Of a stretch of 9,599 nucleotides of DNA, positions 5,120 to 9,599 are shown piece after piece; position 1 is the stretch's first letter, and the number at the start of each line of letters is the position of its first letter. The position numbers and the translations under genes are program-made. The DNA comes from a virus (Duplodnaviria > Heunggongvirae > Uroviricota > Caudoviricetes), in the IMG/VR virus record IMGVR_UViG_2713896901_000003, positions 1 through 9,599 of that record. The stretch is one strand, 5' to 3'. The notes beneath the pieces are model-generated. The model saw only the letters and a list, made by a program, of their open reading frames with translations. It did not search any database and was not told the origin of the DNA.

Positions 5120-5326
5120 GTGAAAGCAAGAGAGATTCGCAAACTCGAACGCGCTCGTAAGCACAAAGAGGCGACAGCAAAACGTAAAAATATTGACCGT
5201 GTTTCAATGGTGGTTTCGCTAGCAGGAGCGAATAGGAAGAAGGTTGAATGTGGTTCGTGCTGCCTGCCAAACGTAGCTCTTTACGCAGCAGGCTACCGGA
5301 AATCAAAACAACTGACAGCAAGATGA
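5120..5326 (+). CDS. N: N-type transcription antiterminator (P22 gp24-like C-terminal half)
   Basis: GTG start with GGAGG 6 nt upstream. The N-terminus is arginine/lysine-rich: KAREIRKLERARKHKEATAKRK. The C-terminal IDRV...SLAG...VALYAAGYRKSKQLTAR resembles P22 gp24 as I recall it (IDRVTKAISLAGTRQKEVEGGSVLLPGVALYAAGHRKSKQITAR). It is the first gene after pL/nutL. Confidence 0.85.
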   Translation: MKAREIRKLERARKHKEATAKRKNIDRVSMVVSLAGANRKKVECGSCCLPNVALYAAGYRKSKQLTAR

Positions 5327-5376
5327 CTTGTGTTGGTCGCCAGAAAATGAAATTAGGCAGCAAACCACTTATTTGA
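5326..5376 (+). pseudogene. Fossil 3' end of a lambda/phage-21-type N gene
   Basis: It translates as TCVGRQKMKLGSKPLI followed by a stop. Compare the lambda N C-terminus ITCSGRQKIKGKSIPLI and the phage 21 N C-terminus VTCVGRQKIKLGSKPLI, both as I recall them. It lies in the -1 frame relative to the intact N gene and begins at that gene's stop codon. Confidence 0.6.
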
Positions 5377-5387
5377 GAGGAATTAAT

Positions 5388-6011
5388 ATGTCATCAATCC
5401 GCTTAACTACGAGAATGAAAGAGGAAATCGCTCGTAACGCTTTAATTAAGTCTGGGGTTTTCACTGAACTTGAAGAAGTAACAAAGTTAAAGAACCAGCT
5501 TGCACTTGACGCCAGAGTTATTGCGTTTGGCGGAAAAAAGAAAACTGAGGAAGTGGACAAGCTGGCATCAAACTTAATGGCTATAAGTGAAGAACTTCAA
5601 AAGGTGGGATGTTCATTTTACTCATGCGATGTTCGTTCTACATCAATTTATCTGACTGTATCTGGCAGAAGGGTGGGATGGCATTCATATGGGAAAGACG
5701 GCAACGGTGAAGATATATTGCTTCCCACCCCAGAAAAAGATAAATGCATGTTTGATGCAGAACACGAAATAACAAAAAGGTTTGATGAAATCTGCGCATT
5801 GCAACAAAAACTTGAATCCAGGAAAAAGGATATCGAATCAAATGTATGGGCTGCTTTGAACTCAGTCACAACAGTTAAGCGACTTATTGAAGTTTGGCCT
5901 GAAAGCAAAGAATTGCTACCAAAAGAAGCAGATAAAGCAAGTGCAGCACTTCCTGCTTTACGGGTAGAAGATTTGAATAAGATGATTGGACTTCCTTCCG
6001 AGGCCGCATAA
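5388..6011 (+). CDS. Hypothetical 207-aa protein, first cargo gene after N
   Basis: ORF-track frame. I prefer the ATG at 5388 (GAGAGG 7 nt upstream) over the TTG at 5328, which would overlap the N fossil. The gene is AT-rich relative to the lambda-like block, and its own terminator follows. Confidence 0.85.
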   Translation: MSSIRLTTRMKEEIARNALIKSGVFTELEEVTKLKNQLALDARVIAFGGKKKTEEVDKLASNLMAISEELQKVGCSFYSCDVRSTSIYLTVSGRRVGWHSYGKDGNGEDILLPTPEKDKCMFDAEHEITKRFDEICALQQKLESRKKDIESNVWAALNSVTTVKRLIEVWPESKELLPKEADKASAALPALRVEDLNKMIGLPSEAA

Positions 6012-6026
6012 TCGGCCTTTATTTTT
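6001..6026 (+). terminator. Intrinsic terminator after the 207-aa gene
   Basis: Stem AGGCCG (6001-6006) / CGGCCT (6013-6018). The loop CATAAT contains the stop codon. TTATTTTT follows. Confidence 0.65.
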
Positions 6027-6074
6027 GGCATAAACAACAGAATAAACACTGCACTGAATTATTTGAGGTTAGAT

Positions 6075-6545
6075 ATGACAAAATCATGGAGCGTACCTTT
6101 TCCTGAATCAGAAACTGAACATGAGGGAATGCCTGTTTTCTGGAGATTCCAGGCGACAGTTGAAGAAGATGGAATCAAAATATTCGCACTTCAATATATA
6201 GCTTTTCATCAGACAGAGCATTATGCATGGTTGGTTCCTGCGCATTGGATTGTTAATTTTAAACCAGCACCAAATCAGTGGTTACAGGAATGGAAACAAA
6301 GGAGAAATAGATATGCAATTAAGAAAGTAGCAAAAAATGCAGAAAGATCTTTTGCATTCCCAACGAAGAAACTTGCCATTGAAAGTTTATTGCGCCGGAA
6401 GAAATACCATTTAATGAGAATCAAACAAGATTTGGCTGTTGTATCAACTCTTGTTGATGGGATGAAGAATATTGATACATCAACACCAGATATTGAATAT
6501 AACTTTGGACACAACCAAGAAACAGAAAATTGGGTGTTTTATTAG
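6075..6545 (+). CDS. Hypothetical 156-aa protein with a strongly basic central segment
   Basis: ORF-track frame. I prefer the ATG at 6075 (GAGG 6 nt upstream) over the TTG at 6063. The central segment is KQRRNRYAIKKVAKNAERSFAFPTKKLAIESLLRRKKYHLMRIK, flanked by acidic and aromatic ends. Confidence 0.85.
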   Translation: MTKSWSVPFPESETEHEGMPVFWRFQATVEEDGIKIFALQYIAFHQTEHYAWLVPAHWIVNFKPAPNQWLQEWKQRRNRYAIKKVAKNAERSFAFPTKKLAIESLLRRKKYHLMRIKQDLAVVSTLVDGMKNIDTSTPDIEYNFGHNQETENWVFY

Positions 6546-6557
6546 TACGAATAAGCA

Positions 6558-6589
6558 CTGTGTATTCATTCCAACGAGTGAATACACGG
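6558..6589 (+). other. Long stem-loop in the intergenic region after the 156-aa gene
   Basis: A perfect 9-bp stem, GTGTATTCA (6560-6568) / TGAATACAC (6579-6587), with a 10-nt loop. It can be extended by 2 further pairs, one of them a G-U wobble. Confidence 0.6.
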
Positions 6590-6649
6590 AGCAATGTCGC
6601 TCGTAACTAAACAGGAGCCGACTTGTTCTGATTATTGGAAATCTTCTTT

Positions 6650-6675
6650 GCCCTCTAATGTGAGGGCGATTTTTT
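6650..6675 (+). terminator. Intrinsic terminator upstream of the 122-aa gene
   Basis: Stem GCCCTC (6650-6655) / GAGGGC (6662-6667) with loop TAATGT, followed by GATTTTTT. Confidence 0.7.
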
Positions 6676-6695
6676 ATCTATGAGGATATGAATAG

Positions 6696-7064
6696 ATGTC
6701 AAACATCAAAAAATACATCATTGATTGCGACTGGAAAGCATCAATAGAAATTGAAATCGACCATGACGTAATGACAGAGGAAAAACTTCACCAGATTAAT
6801 AATTTCTGGTCAGACTCTGAATACCGACTCAATAAACACGGCTCTGTATTAAATGCTGTATTAATCATGCTGGCGCAACATGCTCTGCTTATAGCAATTT
6901 CAAGCGACTTAAATGCATATGGTGTTGTGTGTGAGTTCGACTGGAATGATGGAAATGGTCAGGAAGGATGGCCTCCAATGGATGGTAGCGAAGGAATAAG
7001 AATTACCGATATCGATACATCAGGAATATTTGATTCAGATGATATGACTATCAAAGCCGCCTGA
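6696..7064 (+). CDS. Hypothetical, highly acidic 122-aa protein
   Basis: ORF-track entry with GAGGA upstream. By my count the translation has 22 Asp/Glu against 8 Lys/Arg. The acidity is concentrated in the C-terminal third: FDWNDGNGQEGWPPMDGSEGIRITDIDTSGIFDSDDM. Confidence 0.85.
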   Translation: MSNIKKYIIDCDWKASIEIEIDHDVMTEEKLHQINNFWSDSEYRLNKHGSVLNAVLIMLAQHALLIAISSDLNAYGVVCEFDWNDGNGQEGWPPMDGSEGIRITDIDTSGIFDSDDMTIKAA

Positions 7065-7089
7065 GCGCTGCGTTACCGCATACCAATAA

Positions 7090-7110
7090 CGCTTCACTCG
7101 AGGCGTTTTT
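7090..7110 (+). terminator. Intrinsic terminator between the cargo genes and cIII
   Basis: Stem CGCTTC (7090-7095) / GAGGCG (7100-7105) with one G-U pair and loop ACTC, followed by TTTTT. Confidence 0.6.
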
Positions 7111-7136
7111 CGTTATGTATAAATAAGGAGCACACC

Positions 7137-7301
7137 ATGCAATATGCCATTGCAGGGTGGCCTGTTGCTGGCTGCCCTTCCGAATCTTTACTTGAACGAA
7201 TCACCCGTAAATTACGTGACGGATGGAAACGCCTTATCGACATACTTAATCAGCCAGGAGTCCCAAAAAATGGATCAAACACTTATGGCTATCCAGACTA
7301 A
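7137..7301 (+). CDS. cIII: CIII, inhibitor of FtsH (HflB) protease (54 aa, not in the ORF track)
   Basis: My translation is [54 protein letters not shown]. This is essentially lambda CIII as I recall it. AAGGAG lies upstream of the ATG. Confidence 0.9.
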   Translation: MQYAIAGWPVAGCPSESLLERITRKLRDGWKRLIDILNQPGVPKNGSNTYGYPD

Positions 7302-7413
7302 ATTCACTATCGCCACTTTTATTGGCGATGAAAAGATGTTTCGTGAGGCCGTCGACGCTTATAAAAAATGGATATTAATACTGAAACTGAGATCAAGCAA
7401 AAGCATTCACTAA
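7270..7413 (+). CDS. kil: Kil, host cell-division (FtsZ) inhibitor, 47 aa
   Basis: [47 protein letters not shown] matches lambda Kil as I recall it. The gene overlaps the 3' end of cIII as in lambda. The 89-aa ORF in the track is an upstream in-frame extension of it. Confidence 0.85.
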   Translation: MDQTLMAIQTKFTIATFIGDEKMFREAVDAYKKWILILKLRSSKSIH

Positions 7414-7784
7414 CCCACTTCCCTGTTTTCCTAATCAGCCCGGCATTTCGCGGGCGATATTTTCACAGCTATTTCAGGAGTTCAGCCATGAACGCTTATT
7501 ACATTCAGGATCGTCTTGAGGCTCAGAGCTGGACGCGTCACTACCAGCAGATCGCCCGTGAAGAGAAAGAGGCAGAACTGGCAGACGACATGGAAAAAGG
7601 CCTGCCCCAGCACCTGTTTGAATCGCTATGCATCGATCATTTGCAACGCCACGGGGCCAGCAAAAAAGCCATTACCCGTGCGTTTGATGACGATGTTGAG
7701 TTTCAGGAGCGCATGGCAGAACACATCCGGTACATGGTTGAAACCATTGCTCACCATCAGGTTGATATTGATTCAGAGGTATAA
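7368..7784 (+). CDS. gam: Gam, RecBCD inhibitor (138-aa long form; the 98-aa GamS form starts at the ATG at 7488)
   Basis: [15 protein letters not shown]...[15 protein letters not shown]...[10 protein letters not shown] is near-identical to lambda Gam as I recall it. An internal start at 7488 has CAGGAG upstream. Confidence 0.95.
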   Translation: MDINTETEIKQKHSLTHFPVFLISPAFRGRYFHSYFRSSAMNAYYIQDRLEAQSWTRHYQQIAREEKEAELADDMEKGLPQHLFESLCIDHLQRHGASKKAITRAFDDDVEFQERMAEHIRYMVETIAHHQVDIDSEV

Positions 7785-7789
7785 AACGG

Positions 7790-8575
7790 ATGAGTACAGC
7801 ACTCGCAACGCTGGCAGGGAAGCTGGCTGAACGTGTCGGCATGGATTCTGTCGACCCACAGGAACTGATCACCACTCTTCGCCAGACGGCATTTAAAGGT
7901 GATGCCAGCGATGCGCAGTTCATCGCATTGCTGATCGTCGCCAACCAGTACGGCCTTAATCCGTGGACGAAAGAAATTTACGCCTTCCCTGACAAGCAGA
8001 ACGGCATCGTTCCGGTGGTGGGCGTTGATGGCTGGTCCCGCATCATCAATGAAAACCAGCAGTTTGATGGCATGGACTTTGAGCAGGACAATGAATCCTG
8101 TACATGCCGGATTTACCGCAAAGACCGTAATCATCCGATCTGCGTTACCGAATGGATGGATGAATGCCGCCGCGAACCATTCAAAACCCGCGAAGGCAGA
8201 GAAATCACCGGACCGTGGCAGTCGCATCCCAAACGGATGTTACGGCATAAAGCCATGATTCAGTGTGCCCGTCTGGCCTTCGGATTTGCTGGTATCTATG
8301 ACAAGGATGAAGCCGAGCGCATTGTCGAAAATACCGCATACACTGCAGAACGTCAGCCGGAACGCGACATCACTCCGGTTAACGATGAAACCATGCAGGA
8401 GATTAACACTCTGCTGATTGCCCTGGACAAAACATGGGATGACGACTTATTGCCGCTCTGTTCCCAGATATTTCGCCGCGACATTCGCGCATCGTCAGAA
8501 CTGACACAGGCCGAAGCAGTGAAAGCTCTTGGATTCCTGAAACAGAAAGCCTCTGAACAGAAGGTGGCTGCATGA
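7790..8575 (+). CDS. bet: Bet (Red-beta) single-strand annealing recombinase
   Basis: The 261-aa product [37 protein letters not shown]... is near-identical to lambda Bet as I recall it. Confidence 0.95.
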   Translation: MSTALATLAGKLAERVGMDSVDPQELITTLRQTAFKGDASDAQFIALLIVANQYGLNPWTKEIYAFPDKQNGIVPVVGVDGWSRIINENQQFDGMDFEQDNESCTCRIYRKDRNHPICVTEWMDECRREPFKTREGREITGPWQSHPKRMLRHKAMIQCARLAFGFAGIYDKDEAERIVENTAYTAERQPERDITPVNDETMQEINTLLIALDKTWDDDLLPLCSQIFRRDIRASSELTQAEAVKALGFLKQKASEQKVAA

Positions 8576-9252
8576 CACCGGACATTATCCTGCAGCGTAC
8601 CGGGATCGACGTGAGAGCTGTCGAACAGGGGGATGATGCGTGGCACAAATTACGGCTCGGCGTCATTACAGCTTCAGAAGTTCACAACGTGATAGCAAAA
8701 CCCCGATCCGGAAAGAAATGGCCTGACATGAAAATGTCCTACTTCCACACCCTGCTTGCTGAGGTTTGCACCGGTGTGGCTCCGGAAGTTAATGCTAAGG
8801 CGCTGGCCTGGGGAAAACAGTACGAGAACGACGCCAGAACCCTGTTTGAATTCACTTCCGGCGTGAATGTTACTGAATCCCCGATCATCTATCGCGACGA
8901 AAGTATGCGCACCGCCTGCTCTCCCGATGGTTTATGCAGTGACGGCAATGGCCTTGAGCTGAAATGCCCGTTTACCTCCCGGGATTTCATGAAGTTCCGG
9001 CTCGGTGGTTTCGAGGCCATAAAGTCGGCTTACATGGCCCAGGTGCAGTACAGCATGTGGGTGACGCGAAAAGATGCCTGGTACTTTGCCAACTATGACC
9101 CGCGAATGAAGCGTGAAGGCCTGCATTATGTCGTGGTTGAGCGGGATGAAAAGTACATAGCGAGTTTTGACGAGATGGTGCCGGAGTTCATCGAAAAAAT
9201 GGACGAGGCACTAGCTGAAATTGGTTTTGTATTTGGGGAGCAATGGCGATGA
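8572..9252 (+). CDS. exo: Exo (Red-alpha) 5'-3' dsDNA exonuclease
   Basis: The 226-aa product [40 protein letters not shown]... is near-identical to lambda Exo as I recall it. Its ATG overlaps the bet stop as ATGA. Confidence 0.95.
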   Translation: MTPDIILQRTGIDVRAVEQGDDAWHKLRLGVITASEVHNVIAKPRSGKKWPDMKMSYFHTLLAEVCTGVAPEVNAKALAWGKQYENDARTLFEFTSGVNVTESPIIYRDESMRTACSPDGLCSDGNGLELKCPFTSRDFMKFRLGGFEAIKSAYMAQVQYSMWVTRKDAWYFANYDPRMKREGLHYVVVERDEKYIASFDEMVPEFIEKMDEALAEIGFVFGEQWR

Positions 9253-9431
9253 AGCATCCTCACGATAATATCCGGGTAGGCGCGATAACTTTCGTCTACT
9301 CCGTTACAAAGCGAGGCTGGGTATTTCCCGGCCTTTCTGTTATCCGAAATCCACTGAAAGCACAGCGGCTGGCTGAAGAGATAAATAATAAACGAGGGAC
9401 TGTATGCACAAAGCATCTCCTGTTGAATTAA
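9243..9431 (+). CDS. Homologue of lambda orf60a (function unknown)
   Basis: [52 protein letters not shown]... matches lambda orf60a as I recall it. It overlaps the exo stop. Confidence 0.8.
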   Translation: MAMKHPHDNIRVGAITFVYSVTKRGWVFPGLSVIRNPLKAQRLAEEINNKRGTVCTKHLLLN

Positions 9432-9595
9432 GAACGAGTATCGGGATGGCACATAGCCTCGCTCAAATTGGAGTCAGGTTTGTGCCAATACCAGTAGAAA
9501 CAGACGAAGAATTTCATACGTTAGCCACATCCCTTTCACAAAAGCTGGAAATGATGGCGGCGAAAGCAGAAGCAAACGAGAGAGACCCGGCATGA
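9404..9595 (+). CDS. Homologue of lambda orf63 (function unknown)
   Basis: [41 protein letters not shown]... matches lambda orf63 as I recall it. A further ATG at 9592 probably starts the next gene, which runs off the window. Confidence 0.8.
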   Translation: MHKASPVELRTSIGMAHSLAQIGVRFVPIPVETDEEFHTLATSLSQKLEMMAAKAEANERDPA

Positions 9596-9599
9596 CAAC

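Noticed and set aside
5100-5363. 87-aa minus-strand ORF antisense to N
   Set aside because: It is a shadow of the N gene, whose product is recognisable. It has no start context.
5328-5387. TTG start at 5328 extending the 207-aa protein by 20 codons
   Set aside because: There is no Shine-Dalgarno, and the region is explained as the fossil N 3' end in another frame. The ATG at 5388 has GAGAGG upstream.
5648-6049. 133-aa ORF on the minus strand, antisense to the 207-aa gene. Similar cases are 5369..5560 and 5638..5841 on the minus strand.
   Set aside because: It lies entirely inside a better-supported plus-strand gene, has no Shine-Dalgarno, and its low-complexity Ser-rich translation is typical of a shadow frame.
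6026-6074. Possible independent (moron-type) promoter upstream of the 156-aa gene, starting from TTGGCA at 6026
   Set aside because: No acceptable -10 hexamer lies at 16-18 bp spacing, so I cannot support a promoter from the sequence.
7144-7269. 89-aa ORF 7144..7413 treated as a single gene
   Set aside because: Its 5' part is an out-of-frame read of cIII. The real gene is the 47-aa kil, which starts at 7270.
7516-7830. 104-aa plus-strand ORF in an alternative frame across gam and the start of bet
   Set aside because: The Gam frame is unambiguously recognisable. The alternative frame gives an Arg/Thr/Pro-rich nonsense-like sequence.
7757-8227. 156-aa minus-strand ORF. Similar cases are 7672..7944, 8353..8646, 8403..8666, 8932..9126 and 9126..9452 on the minus strand, and 8025..8258 on the plus strand.
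   Set aside because: All overlap the near lambda-identical gam/bet/exo/orf60a genes. They are antisense or alternative-frame shadows in GC-richer DNA.

Overview
This window is the early region (immunity, replication, recombination) of a lambdoid temperate phage or prophage from an enterobacterium. It is a clear mosaic of lambda-like and P22-like modules. The minus strand carries the pR operon, reading right to left: a Cro-like repressor, nutR, cII, a 48-aa ORF missing from the ORF track, a replication initiator with ori iterons inside its own coding sequence, a DnaB-family helicase, an 89-aa ORF, a terminator, and the first 8 codons of ninB. The plus strand carries a predicted leaderless cI transcribed from pRM, followed by a 98-aa single-pass membrane protein and a strong terminator. 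Next come OL/pL, nutL and a P22-type N antiterminator. After N there is a fossil of a lambda/21-type N 3' end, then three AT-rich cargo genes of unknown function, each followed by its own intrinsic terminator. The window ends with a lambda-like block: cIII (also missing from the ORF track), kil, gam, bet, exo, orf60a and orf63. No tRNA, rRNA, CRISPR array or transposon was seen. The best candidates for undescribed biology are two sets of accessory genes. One is the membrane protein riding on the repressor operon, in the slot lambda uses for rexAB. The other is the three-gene cargo in the slot lambda uses for ral/sieB/ea10, which includes a very acidic 122-aa protein. All homology statements rest on my recollection of lambda and P22 protein sequences, not on a database search.
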